From: Deltaproteobacteria bacterium
Lineage (GTDB): Bacteria; Myxococcota_A; Polyangia; Fen-1088
DNA length: 64,000 bases
Assembly (NCBI GenBank): GCA_033763315.1
Contig: JANRKS010000027.1
Location: 32,001 to 96,000 of the forward strand
Direction of reading: 5' to 3'
Shown: positions 32,974 to 43,514 of the stretch, piece after piece
How positions within the stretch are numbered: position 1 is the stretch's first letter
Layout of the letters: the number at the start of each line of letters is the position of its first letter
The notes under the pieces: model-generated
Told to the model about the DNA's origin: nothing
Databases searched by the model: none
What the model saw: only the letters and a program-made list of their open reading frames with translations
Program-made: the position numbers and the translations under genes

Positions 32974-32993
32974 CCTGTGCAAACTTGCACAGG
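32974..32993. promoter_or_regulatory. Palindromic candidate enhancer (UAS), copy 2
   Basis: CCTGTGCAA-AC-TTGCACAGG perfect 9-bp inverted repeat. Confidence 0.7.
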
Positions 32994-33051
32994 TGAGCCT
33001 ATCCGCACAGAGACCTGCGCCAAAAACGCTTGAAAATGGCGGGCGCGCGCC

Positions 33052-33067
33052 TGGCACAACCCTTGCG
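33052..33067 (+). promoter_or_regulatory. sigma54 promoter for cytochrome c lipoprotein gene
   Basis: TGGCAC-AACCC-TTGCG. Confidence 0.8.
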
Positions 33068-33079
33068 ATGTGCTCTGTT

Positions 33080-35146
33080 GTGAACAAAAACCACTTTGCA
33101 GTTTCATGGTTCTTGTTGGCCCTCGCGGCCTGCAGTGGCGACATCCAAGGCCCGGCCATTGACGACGACACACCCGCTCCCAGCTCACCTGACGACAACC
33201 CGAGCGGCGGCAGTGGCGGCGGTCAGAAACCCGGCCAGTCAAGCGCGCCTCCCGCGGTAGACGATGCGCCCATCACCACCCCCGGATCGGGCGGGGGCAT
33301 CCTCGATTGCCCCACCGTGGATTATCCCGGCACCACGTCGGCCACGGTGAAGCTGTCGGCCAACTTCGCGCGCAATTGCGGCACCTGTCATGGCGGCTCG
33401 GGCGAGGGCAAGGGCCCCTATCCCGCGCTGCCGGGCAAATTGAGCAAATCGGAATTCATTGACAAGGTGCGCGCCGGCGCCAACAACATGCCCAGCTTCA
33501 CGCAAGCCCTCGTGGATGACCGAGCGCTTGAACAGGACTACGACGCTTTGGTGGCGCGCACAAACGCCTCCAAGCCGCTGGTCCATCCCTCCTTGCAGTG
33601 GTCAGCCACCGAGGTGCAGGCCAAACGCGAAGCGGGCCTTGCCCTGTGGCGCAAGCCCGACAAAGAAGGCGCTGCCTGCGCGAGCTGCCACAGCCCCGAC
33701 GCGATTGATCTTGCAGTCATCGGCTATGGCGACGACGCCATCGTTCGCCGCGCCACACTTCACCACCCACCTGACATTGCGGTGCAACTTGTTGACTTCG
33801 TCCATGCACAACGCAGGCACTTCAAAATCACGCGGCCGTGCTCACCAAAGTGGCGCGTGTTATCGCCGGGTGGAGACGTGTTGCCTGGCGACACGGTGGA
33901 GCAACAAGACAAGGCCCTTTGGGACGAACTCGTTCGCCGCAACATATTCGTGGCCACAGGCACGGTGCAAACCATTGAAGACGCCGACAAAGCCTGGGAT
34001 GAGCTGGCCAAGCTCAACATGCGCCGCTTGCCCTTGGGCATTCCGCTTGCCCGCTGGACCGAAGACAGCTTCAACGGCGACGAACACAAGACGATCAACG
34101 ATTGGATTCCTGCTGTGCCACGCATGGCCACCAACGACACCTGGTACGCCAAAACCGACGCGTACTTGGCCGATCCCACGGTGGATCGTTTGCGCGGTCT
34201 ACTTGCAGATGTAGCGACCCTCACGCACGACGGAGGCTTTGCGAAGCAACCTTTCGGTGATGGCGATCCCTCGGCGGTGATGACGTCGAAGTTCCACGGT
34301 GTGCAGATAGCGGCACACTATTTCCGCATGGCTCTGCTGAACAAGCCCGGCTGGTTTGAATCTGCCGATTCGCCCCCCGAGGTTCCATCGACCCGCGGTG
34401 AGGGCACCAACAGCCCCTTCGCTGGCATTGGTTTCGCGTACCAAGAGAACCACTGTTACAACGTGGTCCAATGCCCGCCCGGGCAGTTCAAGGCTTTGCC
34501 GCCCATCGCGCAGATGGAGTTTGACGCCAGCACGGCTTCGATGCCTTCGGGATCGGGCGGCCTGGGCTTCAACGCCATCATGCAGAAGGAACTCACTCAC
34601 CCTTGGTGGACGTTGGGTGGGATCTGGGACGCCAGCTTCTCTGGCGGTCGCAGCTTGGTGATGCATTACTGGCTCGAAAACGCGCTGCCTACGGGTGGCA
34701 GCAATTTTCCTCACCGCACATACCACCGCCCGTTCATGATGGGTGTCGCCATGGTCAAGCGTGCTGTGAAGCTAGAACAGGCCAAGGTTGCGGCGGGCGT
34801 ACCGGGCGAGCTCTACGGCAACATCATGATGGGCTACGAGAATACCATCGGCTCCACCATCGGCCGCACCCCGGAGAACACACGCCTCATCTCCAACATG
34901 ATGCGCATGCTTCTCTTGCGACAAAAACGCGCGCTGTCGAAGGGCGCCTCCACGATGAACCCCAGCGCCTTGTTATCAGGCAACGGCCAAGGGCAGTGGG
35001 CCACAGGTCTTGAGATGGCCGCCAAAACCCCCGGCGCGAACGCGACGTTGCTGACAAGCACGGCCGCGCTCACCCGTGAAGTGCTTGGGCTTCTTGCCAA
35101 GGCGCCGGTCACGCCCGTGACCCAGGGCTACCAGATGCCCCAGTAA
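33080..35146 (+). CDS. Di-haem c-type cytochrome lipoprotein of unknown function
   Basis: GTG 33080 gives MNKNHFAVSWFLLALAAC lipoprotein signal; CGTCH with distal 'MPSF'; second CASCH. Confidence 0.8.
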   Translation: MNKNHFAVSWFLLALAACSGDIQGPAIDDDTPAPSSPDDNPSGGSGGGQKPGQSSAPPAVDDAPITTPGSGGGILDCPTVDYPGTTSATVKLSANFARNCGTCHGGSGEGKGPYPALPGKLSKSEFIDKVRAGANNMPSFTQALVDDRALEQDYDALVARTNASKPLVHPSLQWSATEVQAKREAGLALWRKPDKEGAACASCHSPDAIDLAVIGYGDDAIVRRATLHHPPDIAVQLVDFVHAQRRHFKITRPCSPKWRVLSPGGDVLPGDTVEQQDKALWDELVRRNIFVATGTVQTIEDADKAWDELAKLNMRRLPLGIPLARWTEDSFNGDEHKTINDWIPAVPRMATNDTWYAKTDAYLADPTVDRLRGLLADVATLTHDGGFAKQPFGDGDPSAVMTSKFHGVQIAAHYFRMALLNKPGWFESADSPPEVPSTRGEGTNSPFAGIGFAYQENHCYNVVQCPPGQFKALPPIAQMEFDASTASMPSGSGGLGFNAIMQKELTHPWWTLGGIWDASFSGGRSLVMHYWLENALPTGGSNFPHRTYHRPFMMGVAMVKRAVKLEQAKVAAGVPGELYGNIMMGYENTIGSTIGRTPENTRLISNMMRMLLLRQKRALSKGASTMNPSALLSGNGQGQWATGLEMAAKTPGANATLLTSTAALTREVLGLLAKAPVTPVTQGYQMPQ

Positions 35147-35166
35147 GTGCTTCGCGACGGCGTCCT

Positions 35167-35619
35167 CTACCCCCGCCCTGTGTGCCCGAACCCGCCCGCG
35201 CCGCGCACGGTCTCGGAAAGCTCCGACACTTCTTCCACGTGCACCTGCACCACAGGCGCTATCACCAGTTGCGCCACGCGATCGCCCAAGGCAATCGTGT
35301 GAGGCGCATCGCCCAAATTCACAAGCAGCACCATGATCTCGCCGCGGTAATCGCAGTCGATCGTCCCCGGTGCGTTCACAACAGTCACGCCGAACTTGCT
35401 GGCCAAGCCCGAACGCGGCCGCACTTGGCCTTCGTATCCGGGCGGCAACTCCATCGCCAGCCCCGTGGGCACCGCCAGTCGCTGGCCTGGGGCAATCACG
35501 ATGGGTTCCACCGCGCTGCTGGCTAAATCCATACCCGCCGCCCCCGGCGTCATGTACCGGGGCAGGCGTGCGTGCTCCGAAAGCCGTGTGAAACGTACCG
35601 TCGGAGCACTTGCCATCAC
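35167..35619 (-). CDS. dut: dUTP diphosphatase
   Basis: [39 protein letters not shown]. Confidence 0.97.
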   Translation of the reverse strand: MMASAPTVRFTRLSEHARLPRYMTPGAAGMDLASSAVEPIVIAPGQRLAVPTGLAMELPPGYEGQVRPRSGLASKFGVTVVNAPGTIDCDYRGEIMVLLVNLGDAPHTIALGDRVAQLVIAPVVQVHVEEVSELSETVRGAGGFGHTGRG

Positions 35620-35628
35620 AGGTCCTGC

Positions 35629-37758
35629 TCAGGCGTCCGCGTTGCGGCTTGCCAACACGTCGTCTGGGTTCTTGTCCATCGCCTCTTTGCGCGACAGACG
35701 AATCTTGCCGGTTTGGTGATCGATTGCGATCACCTTCACGAGCATCTGATCGCCTTCCTTGCAGATGTCGTTCACGGCGCGCACGCGTTCTTTGTCGAGC
35801 TCGCTGATGTGCACCAGGCCATCCGTGCCCGGCAAGATTTCCACGAAGGCGCCGAAATCAACGATGCGCTTCACGGTGCCCATGTAGTACTCGCCCACGC
35901 TGGCTTCCGCCGTGAGGCCCTTGATGATGTCGATCGCCTTCTTGGCGGCAATGGCGTCAGGTGATGCCACATGCACTGTGCCGTCGTCTTCCACATCGAT
36001 GGCGACACCCGTCTCCGAGATGATGCCGCGAATGGTTTTGCCACCCGGCCCGATGATGTCGCGCACCTGCTCAGGACGCACGCGCAACGTGGTGATGCGC
36101 GGGGCGTATTGATTCAGCTCAGGACGCGCCACAGACAACGATTCAGCCATGCGGCTCAAGATCCAGATGCGGCCGTCTTTCGCTTGTGAAAGCGCTCGCT
36201 CGAGAATGTCGCGTGACATGCCTTCGATCTTGATGTCCATCTGGATGGCGGTGACGCCGTCCTTGGTGCCACAGACTTTGAAGTCCATGTCGCCCAAGTG
36301 ATCTTCGTCGCCCAAGATGTCAGACAGAACCGCGGTGCGATCGCCCTCTTTGATGAGGCCCATCGCGATGCCCGCCACCGGCGTCTTCAAAGGCACGCCC
36401 GCGTCCATCAATGACAACGAACCGCCGCACACCGAGGCCATCGATGAGCTGCCGTTCGATTCAAGGATTTCCGAAACGATGCGGATGACGTAGGGGAAAT
36501 CCTTCTCAGAAGGCAACACCTGGGCGATCGCACGCTCGGCCAAGTGGCCGTGGCCGATTTCGCGGCGGCTGGCGCCACGCAACGGCTTCGTTTCACCCGT
36601 GGAGAACGGCGGGAAATTGTAGTGCAACATGAAGCGCTTCTCGATGTTGTCGACAAGCCCATCGATGAATTGCACGTCTTGCTTGGTGCCCAACGTGGTG
36701 GTTACCAAGGATTGCGTTTCACCGCGCGTGAACAACGCCGAACCGTGCGTGCGTGGCAGCACGCCCGATTCACACGTCACCGTGCGGATGTCGGCAGGAC
36801 CGCGGCCATCGATGCGACGGCCTGTGTCCAACACCATGTTGCGCAGGTGCTTCTTCTTCGCCTTCTCAACCGCTTCTTTGACTTCGCCTTCGCGCTCGGG
36901 AAATTCTGCGCCCAAAGCCGCCAAGGTCTCCGTGGAAACGGCTTCCAAAGCGCCGTAGCGTTGTTGCTTCTCGCGAATCGCCATCGCGGCTTCAATCTTC
37001 GGGTTGGCAAACGCGGTCACGCGGGCCACCAAAGCTTCGTCGGCCTTCGGCGAGACGAAGTCGCGCTTGGGCTTGCCCACAGCGGCGCGCAGCTTGTCTT
37101 GCAGATCGATCAACGGCTGAGCCGCGCCGTGCGCGAACATCAACGCGTCAACCAGCAGCGTTTCCGAGATCTCGGCAGCGCCACCTTCCACCATCACGAT
37201 GGCGTCGCGGCTCGCGGCCACCACGAAATCAAGTTCAGACTTTTCACGCTGAGCAAACGTGGGGTTCACGATGAACTTGCCGTCCACGCGGCCCACGCGC
37301 ACACCGGCGTAAGGGCCGGCCCAAGGAATCGTGGAAAGGTGCAACGCCGTGGACGCACCCGTCATCGCCAACACGTCGGTGGGGTTTTCGCGATCGGTGG
37401 AAACCACCGTGGCGATCACCTGCGTGTCAAAGCGCCAGCCCTTGGGGAACAACGGGCGGCAGGGGCGGTCGATCAAACGCGAGGTCAAAATCTCGACCTC
37501 TGTTGAGCGGCCTTCGCGCTTGAAATAGCCGCCGGGGATCTTGCCCGCGGCCGACGTCTTCTCAAGGTAATCCACGGTCAACGGCATAAAGTCGATGCCG
37601 GGGCGCACGCCCTTCGACGCCACAGCCGTCACCAAAACCATCGAATCGCCGTAGCGAACCAAAACCGAACCATCGGCTTGTTTGGCCATGCGGCCGGTTT
37701 CAATCGATAGCTCTTTGCCGCCGAAATCTACACCTTCACGAATAAACATCTTTGTCAC
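35629..37758 (-). CDS. pnp: Polyribonucleotide nucleotidyltransferase
   Basis: [42 protein letters not shown] and S1 domains. Confidence 0.98.
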   Translation of the reverse strand: MTKMFIREGVDFGGKELSIETGRMAKQADGSVLVRYGDSMVLVTAVASKGVRPGIDFMPLTVDYLEKTSAAGKIPGGYFKREGRSTEVEILTSRLIDRPCRPLFPKGWRFDTQVIATVVSTDRENPTDVLAMTGASTALHLSTIPWAGPYAGVRVGRVDGKFIVNPTFAQREKSELDFVVAASRDAIVMVEGGAAEISETLLVDALMFAHGAAQPLIDLQDKLRAAVGKPKRDFVSPKADEALVARVTAFANPKIEAAMAIREKQQRYGALEAVSTETLAALGAEFPEREGEVKEAVEKAKKKHLRNMVLDTGRRIDGRGPADIRTVTCESGVLPRTHGSALFTRGETQSLVTTTLGTKQDVQFIDGLVDNIEKRFMLHYNFPPFSTGETKPLRGASRREIGHGHLAERAIAQVLPSEKDFPYVIRIVSEILESNGSSSMASVCGGSLSLMDAGVPLKTPVAGIAMGLIKEGDRTAVLSDILGDEDHLGDMDFKVCGTKDGVTAIQMDIKIEGMSRDILERALSQAKDGRIWILSRMAESLSVARPELNQYAPRITTLRVRPEQVRDIIGPGGKTIRGIISETGVAIDVEDDGTVHVASPDAIAAKKAIDIIKGLTAEASVGEYYMGTVKRIVDFGAFVEILPGTDGLVHISELDKERVRAVNDICKEGDQMLVKVIAIDHQTGKIRLSRKEAMDKNPDDVLASRNADA

Positions 37759-37915
37759 TCCTTGGCAGAATGACCCCGAAGGCGTTTTCCCTCATCTCGG
37801 CGTTCCCTCAACAAGCGCCACGCGCGCCTGCGACGGACCGACGGGAAAAAGGTCGAACGCACCTCCCCGGGGCCGGTTGATTAAGAACGCGAACGCGCCA
37901 GATGGTTGGAACAAA

Positions 37916-38019
37916 CGCAGAGCAAGGAAAGGCCCTTAACGCTTCCGAAGCGAAAAGAGCCCTCCTTGAGTCGCTGCGCTTGCCCCAAAGGTCCCAAGAA
38001 TTCTTGGAACCGTGCGAGC
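37916..38019 (-). promoter_or_regulatory. Structured rpsO-pnp intergenic RNA (two stem-loops)
   Basis: Long imperfect inverted repeat 37916-37978 (CAAGGA/TCCTTG, CGCTT-ccg-AAGCG) and CCAAG-AATT-CTTGG hairpin. Confidence 0.55.
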
Positions 38020-38036
38020 CCGCGTAAGCGAAAGCG

Positions 38037-38306
38037 TTATTTACGAATGCCGAGAGATTGAATCAGCGTCTTGTAGCGCTCGATGTCTTCCCCACGGAGG
38101 AAGTCCAGCAGGCGACGACGACGGCTGACCATCTTCAAGAGACCACGGCGAGAGTGGTGGTCTTTCTTGTGAACACGGAAGTGCTCGGTCAGGTGGGTGA
38201 TGCGCTCTGTGAGCAGCGCAATCTGCACCTCGGGGGAGCCGGTGTCTTCTTCGGCTCGCTGAAACTTCTTCACTACTTCCGCTTTACGGACTGATGCCAA
38301 CGCCAT
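38037..38306 (-). CDS. rpsO: 30S ribosomal protein S15
   Basis: [24 protein letters not shown]. Confidence 0.98.
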   Translation of the reverse strand: MALASVRKAEVVKKFQRAEEDTGSPEVQIALLTERITHLTEHFRVHKKDHHSRRGLLKMVSRRRRLLDFLRGEDIERYKTLIQSLGIRK

Positions 38307-38380
38307 GAATCACGCTCTTATCTGTTCGGGTTCCGAAACTATTTTTTGGGGGTCAAATGTTCTATGAAAACCACGCGCCG

Positions 38381-39397
38381 TCAACCGTCGCGCGCAGGGC
38401 TGTGGACGTTTCCTGCGTCAATAGCACCAAAACCTTCCGAATTCCGCCCGCTTGAGGATAAAGGTGCGTCGGTTTCGGGCAGGAACACCCGGCGAAGGGA
38501 TGCCAGGCCCGCGTCGTTGCGTTCGGCCACGGCCAAGAGGGTGCCATCGGGGCGCAGAAGGCACAGCAGATCTTGGGGGTGGGCGCCCTCGGGATCGAGA
38601 TCCGCCCATGGCAGCTTTTGGCCCATGCCCACGCGGTGCGCTTGGTGCGGCGTCAAAGTGACAGACGCCATATGCGCCAGGGACTCGGTGAGTCCCACGC
38701 CAGGCAGTGGGGCCCCCTGCTCGGCGCGGGCGGCCAGGTCGTCCAGCGTGATGGCTTGCGCCAGGCTGAACGGCCCTGAAGCCGTGCGGCGCAACGCGGA
38801 TAGATGCCCCCCCGGCCCAAGCGCCAAGCCAATGTCCGCGGCCAACACACGAATGTATGTTCCCTTCGAGCAGCGCGCGAACAAGCGCAGTTTGCCTCCT
38901 TCGTAGTCGATGAGACGCAACTCGAAAATTGTAAGCGCCCGCGCTTCCCGCTCCAGCTCCTGGCCTTGGCGTGCATATGCATAGAGCGGTTTGCCATCGC
39001 GCTTGAGCGCCGAATGCATGGGCGGCACCTGGGTGATGGCACCGCGAAAGCGCTGCAACACAGCTTCGATGTCGTCGAGCGAAAGCGGCGGCACGGGCGC
39101 CTCGGCCACCACCTGGCCTTCGGCATCCAGGGTGTCCGTCTGCACGCCCAGGGTCACGGTGCCCTCATAAGCCTTGTGCGCGTCCAACAGGAACGGTGCC
39201 AGCTTTGTGGATTCGCCAATACACACGGGCAACACGCCCGTGGCCATCGGATCCAAGGTGCCACCGTGGCCGACGCGCGAGGGATCCGGCATGCCCTGCC
39301 CGCCCGCCTTGCGGTAGGTGCGTACGTGGCGGGCCACGGCCTTGACCACCGCAAACGAAGTGAGCCCCTGGGGCTTATCAATCACCAAAACGGGCAT
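38381..39397 (-). CDS. truB: tRNA pseudouridine(55) synthase
   Basis: DKPQGLTS, GHGGTLDPMATGVL, QVPPMHSALK, CSKGTYIR. Confidence 0.97.
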   Translation of the reverse strand: MPVLVIDKPQGLTSFAVVKAVARHVRTYRKAGGQGMPDPSRVGHGGTLDPMATGVLPVCIGESTKLAPFLLDAHKAYEGTVTLGVQTDTLDAEGQVVAEAPVPPLSLDDIEAVLQRFRGAITQVPPMHSALKRDGKPLYAYARQGQELEREARALTIFELRLIDYEGGKLRLFARCSKGTYIRVLAADIGLALGPGGHLSALRRTASGPFSLAQAITLDDLAARAEQGAPLPGVGLTESLAHMASVTLTPHQAHRVGMGQKLPWADLDPEGAHPQDLLCLLRPDGTLLAVAERNDAGLASLRRVFLPETDAPLSSSGRNSEGFGAIDAGNVHSPARDG

Positions 39398-39476
39398 GCG
39401 TCCTAAAGCGGGGCGGCGGTATCACCAAACACAAGCCCCGGACAACCCCCGTTGCACCGTTGCCATCGCCTGCCGA

Positions 39477-39929
39477 TCATTCGTCCGACTTTGGCGCATC
39501 CGCGTTTTCGGCGTTTGCGCCTGATGCCAAAGCGGCTTGCGCTTCCGCCTCGGCCTTCGCCTGCGCTTTACGCTCGTCGGAAAGGTCCGCAAACACGCGT
39601 TCGACGCGCGCTTCACTCTCAAACACACGATCCACCTCAAACGTCACCGTGGGCGTGAACTTCATACGCACGCGCTCGCCGATCTTGCGACGCCATAAGC
39701 CTGTGGCCTTGTTCAGCGCCTGCTTGATGCCCGACATCGTCGCTTCACTCGCGCCGTGCACCATAAACAGCGCGCGCGCCGTGCGCAGATCGCCGGTGAC
39801 CTTGACGTGCGTGATGGTGATGATGCCAGCGTCCCACATGCGCGGATCTTTGACCTCTTGGCGTATCAACGCGTCGGTGATAGCCAATTTCACTTCTTCA
39901 GCGATGCGCTCGGGGCGTGCCGTTGCCAT
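39477..39929 (-). CDS. rbfA: Ribosome-binding factor A
   Basis: R.ERIAE, VKDPR, V.VT.DL..A, P...F..D; position in infB operon. Confidence 0.93.
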   Translation of the reverse strand: MATARPERIAEEVKLAITDALIRQEVKDPRMWDAGIITITHVKVTGDLRTARALFMVHGASEATMSGIKQALNKATGLWRRKIGERVRMKFTPTVTFEVDRVFESEARVERVFADLSDERKAQAKAEAEAQAALASGANAENADAPKSDE

Positions 39930-39931
39930 GT

Positions 39932-40255
39932 CTATTCGTACCTAAAGCCTAAATCGTTGTGGGCCAAGGGCTGCTCACGCACTTGAAGCTCGCGCTCCAC
40001 GTTGGTGACTTCCGCTTCCGCGCGAATCAGTCGCACCACTTCATCCAAAGCTTGGCCGACGAAGCGGGATTCGTTCCCTACCACGGCCACGCCCAAGACG
40101 CCCTTTTGCCAGACGTCTTGATCTGAAACTTCGGCAATCGCGGCGTTAAAGCGCGCGCGCACCTTGTCTTTCACCCGCCGCACCACCATTCGCTTGTCTT
40201 TGAGCGAATGGCTGGCAGGGATGAAAAACGTCAGGCGCGCGATGCCAACCACCAT
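39932..40255 (-). CDS. DUF503 (YlxP) family protein
   Basis: SLKDKR.VV....DK....FN...AEV..QD.W; between infB and rbfA. Confidence 0.92.
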   Translation of the reverse strand: MVVGIARLTFFIPASHSLKDKRMVVRRVKDKVRARFNAAIAEVSDQDVWQKGVLGVAVVGNESRFVGQALDEVVRLIRAEAEVTNVERELQVREQPLAHNDLGFRYE

Positions 40256-40270
40256 GGTTCGAGCGGCAGA

Positions 40271-43120
40271 TTACTGCCGCGCTGTTTCGCTGATCGCGGC
40301 GTCCAAAATCGCGGCAATTTGCTCGATCTCGAACGATTCGAGCACGTCGCCTTCGCGCAGATCGTTATAGCCATCAATGCTGATGCCACACTCATAGCCC
40401 TTGTCGACTTCGTTCACGTCGTCTTTGAAGCGACGGAGCGAGCCCACGCGGCCCGTGTAGATGATCACGGAGTCGCGCACCAAGCGAACCTGGTTGCGAC
40501 GCGCAATCTTGCCTTCGGTCACCATGCAGCCACCGATGGAGCCAATCTTCGCGTTGGTGAAGACCTGGCGAACCTGCGCCTTGCCCACAACCTTCTCGCG
40601 TTCGACCGGAGCCAACATGCCCACCATCGCCTTCTTCACGTCGTCGATGGCGTCGTAGATGACCTGGTAAAGCTTGATGTCCACGCCTTCTTGTTCGGCC
40701 AAGCCCTGGCTCTTGCCTGCGGGACGAACGTTGAAGCCCATCACGATGGCCGAAGAAGCCTTGGCCAACGTAACGTCGGATTCGGTGATGCCACCCACGC
40801 CGCTTGAGATGACGTTCACGCCCACGGTGGGCGTAGACAACTTGCTCAGCGCTGCGGACAAAGCCTCTGCAGAGCCTTGCACGTCTGCCTTAAGAACAAT
40901 CTTGACCTCTTTGACTTCGCCTTCGCGAATCTTGTCGAGGATGTTCTCAAGCGACACACCACGTGGGGCCGATGCCGCCGCCTCGCGGCTGCGACGGGCG
41001 TCACGGCGGTGTTCGACGATCTGTTTGGCCAACTTGTCGTCGGTGACCACGTTGAACGTATCGCCAGCCTCAGGAACGCCGTCGATGCCCAAGATCTCCA
41101 CGGGTGTGGACGGACCGGCTTGCCCCACGGGCTTACCATGATCGTCCATCATCGCGCGGACTTTGCCTGAGAAACCGCCGGCCACAACCAAGTCGCCGGT
41201 GCGCAAAGTGCCCGCTTCAACCAACACCGACGAGATCGGACCGCGGTTGCGGTCAAGGCGAGCTTCCACGATGTGTCCGCGCGCCGCCTTCTTCGGGTTG
41301 GCCTTGAGCTCAAGCAATTCCGTTTGCAACGCAAGCATCTCAAGCAGCTTGTCGATGCCTTGCTTCGTCTTCGCCGACACGTCGACGTAGATGGTTTCGC
41401 CACCGAACTCTTCGGGGACCAAACCGTATTCCATCATCTTCGTGCGGATCTTTGCCGGATCGGCGCCAGGCTTATCGATCTTGTTCACCGCCACAACCAA
41501 AGGCACTTCTGCGGCTTTGGCGTGATTGATGGCTTCGATCGTTTGCGGCATGGGTCCGTCGTCGGCCGCCACAACCAACACAACGATGTCGGTCATCTTG
41601 GCGCCGCGGGCACGCATCGCCGTGAAGGCTTCGTGGCCGGGGGTGTCCAAGAACGTGACGTCGCCCTTGTCAGAGTGAACTTTGTAGGCGCCGATGTGCT
41701 GCGTGATGCCGCCCGCTTCGCCTTCAGCCACGTTGGCCTTGCGGATCGAGTCGAGCAGCGACGTTTTGCCGTGGTCGACGTGGCCCATGATCGTGACGAC
41801 CGGTGCACGAGGCACCAAATCCTCAGGCGCGTCCACGTCTTCTGTGGCATCGAGCAGCTCTTGCTCGCGGAACGCCTTGGATTCAATCGCCCAACCAAAC
41901 TCGTTCGCGATCAAGCTGGCTGTGTCTTGATCGATGCTTTGGTTGATGTTGATGCCCATCATGCCCAAGCCCCACAGGCGCTTGACCACTTCGTTGCCCT
42001 TGATGCCCATTTCACGGGCCAAATCGGACACGGTGATGGATTCAGCCATACGCACCACGCGCTTGTGTTCAGCAGGCGTCGTGAGTTGTGTTTGCTTGAC
42101 CTTCTTGCCAGCGGCCACCTGACGCTTGCGCGGCGGGGGCCCCATGTTGCGGCCGCCAGGTCCAGGGCTCGGAGCGCCCGGGCCACCGGGGGGACGTTGA
42201 CCAAAGCGGTTTTGGCCGCCCGCGGGCAAGCGACCAATCACACCACGGCCAAGACGGCGAAGTTCTTCGTCGCGATCGCGGATTTCAACACGCGGAATCG
42301 TGTTGTTCTCGCCACGACCGGGAAGCTGAATGAATTGCCCAGTGGCAGCAGAGCCCGTCACCACAGGTTGTGGAATTTGACGGAAACGCGGCCGCACCTC
42401 GGTTTGGCCTTCGGGCGTCGCCGCCGGCGGAGGAGGCAAAGGAATGATCGGGCGAATCTCAACCACAGCGGGCGGCCCCGAAGGTTCGGGCGCTGCCACC
42501 ACGGGCTCAGGTTCGGGTGCAGGTGCCTCAATCTTAGGTTCAGGCTTGGGTTCGGGAGCGGGGGCCTTGGCCACCACGGCGGGCGCTGGCGCTTCGGCTG
42601 GCTTTACAACCACAGGCGCAGACGCGACAGGCTTGGGTGCTTCGGGCGCCTTTTCAACCACGGGCGCGGGAGCCGGAGCGGGCGCCTCCTTGGCCACGAT
42701 TTTTTCGGGAGCCGGAGCGGGCGCAGGTGCCGGTGGTGCTGCCACAACACGCGCGGGTTCACGCGGCGGCGCGGGCGGCTTTTCCACCTCGGGCCGCTCG
42801 GCGCGGACCTCCGGACGGCTCTGCACAGGTGCAGGCGCCGGCGGTGCCGCGGCTGGCGGTGCCGCGGCTGGCGGTGCCGCTGCCGGAGCAGGAGCCGGAG
42901 CGTTGCGCGAGCGGCGACGGATCACCGTGGAGTCCAACCGCACCTCTTCGAGCGTGTCCTGGCGAGCTTTCACCAGGTTTCGACGAATGCGATCAACGTC
43001 CAGCAATTCCAGCGCCGACATATGGTTGGCGACAGAAATACCCATGCCTTGGATCTTGGCGACAAGATCCTTGTTGGCGATGCCCAATTCTTTGGCTAGT
43101 TCGTAGACCCTCATGCTCAC
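40271..43120 (-). CDS. infB: Translation initiation factor IF-2
   Basis: [10 protein letters not shown]; [34 protein letters not shown]. Confidence 0.98.
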   Translation of the reverse strand: MSMRVYELAKELGIANKDLVAKIQGMGISVANHMSALELLDVDRIRRNLVKARQDTLEEVRLDSTVIRRRSRNAPAPAPAAAPPAAAPPAAAPPAPAPVQSRPEVRAERPEVEKPPAPPREPARVVAAPPAPAPAPAPEKIVAKEAPAPAPAPVVEKAPEAPKPVASAPVVVKPAEAPAPAVVAKAPAPEPKPEPKIEAPAPEPEPVVAAPEPSGPPAVVEIRPIIPLPPPPAATPEGQTEVRPRFRQIPQPVVTGSAATGQFIQLPGRGENNTIPRVEIRDRDEELRRLGRGVIGRLPAGGQNRFGQRPPGGPGAPSPGPGGRNMGPPPRKRQVAAGKKVKQTQLTTPAEHKRVVRMAESITVSDLAREMGIKGNEVVKRLWGLGMMGININQSIDQDTASLIANEFGWAIESKAFREQELLDATEDVDAPEDLVPRAPVVTIMGHVDHGKTSLLDSIRKANVAEGEAGGITQHIGAYKVHSDKGDVTFLDTPGHEAFTAMRARGAKMTDIVVLVVAADDGPMPQTIEAINHAKAAEVPLVVAVNKIDKPGADPAKIRTKMMEYGLVPEEFGGETIYVDVSAKTKQGIDKLLEMLALQTELLELKANPKKAARGHIVEARLDRNRGPISSVLVEAGTLRTGDLVVAGGFSGKVRAMMDDHGKPVGQAGPSTPVEILGIDGVPEAGDTFNVVTDDKLAKQIVEHRRDARRSREAAASAPRGVSLENILDKIREGEVKEVKIVLKADVQGSAEALSAALSKLSTPTVGVNVISSGVGGITESDVTLAKASSAIVMGFNVRPAGKSQGLAEQEGVDIKLYQVIYDAIDDVKKAMVGMLAPVEREKVVGKAQVRQVFTNAKIGSIGGCMVTEGKIARRNQVRLVRDSVIIYTGRVGSLRRFKDDVNEVDKGYECGISIDGYNDLREGDVLESFEIEQIAAILDAAISETARQ
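42841..42880. repeat. 15-bp tandem repeat (~2.7 copies) in infB linker, encoding (AAAPP)n
   Basis: GCGGTGCCGCGGCTG x2 + GCGGTGCCGC. Confidence 0.85.
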
Positions 43121-43212
43121 TCAGGCTTGCTTGCGGCGGTGCTCCCAGTTTACCGATCGATTCACTCGGAGCTTTCGTGGTTGTTGTGTCTTTTAATACA
43201 GAGCCGGTGCGA

Positions 43213-43494
43213 TCAGAAAGCCGGTTCGATAGAGAGTAGTGAGAAAAGATGCGCTTCGCTTGGAGTGGTTACCTGCGTCTTGAACGCGCGGGCAAAGGCT
43301 TTGGTGCGAATCGCCTTTTGAACACAGGAAGCGGAGCGGCAAATCCAGGCGCCCCGTCCGGGCTGTCGAGGGCGCCCAGCCAAAACCACGGCGCCATCGA
43401 CAAGAACCAAGCGGGTTAAGGCCTCGGGCGCGAGTTGCTTGCGACAACCCACGCATGTCCGGGTGTGGACAGAAACCGCGACCTCTACGTTCAA
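43213..43494 (-). CDS. ylxR: YlxR (DUF448) family RNA-binding protein
   Basis: RTCVGCR, L.RLV, GRGAWIC....C, F.RAFK; between nusA and infB. Confidence 0.9.
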   Translation of the reverse strand: MNVEVAVSVHTRTCVGCRKQLAPEALTRLVLVDGAVVLAGRPRQPGRGAWICRSASCVQKAIRTKAFARAFKTQVTTPSEAHLFSLLSIEPAF

Positions 43495-43514
43495 GGGTGC
43501 CCCGCTTCAAGTGG

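Noticed and set aside
41273-43099. 608-aa plus-strand ORF
   Set aside because: Antisense shadow of infB, expected from GC-rich codon bias; no recognisable motifs
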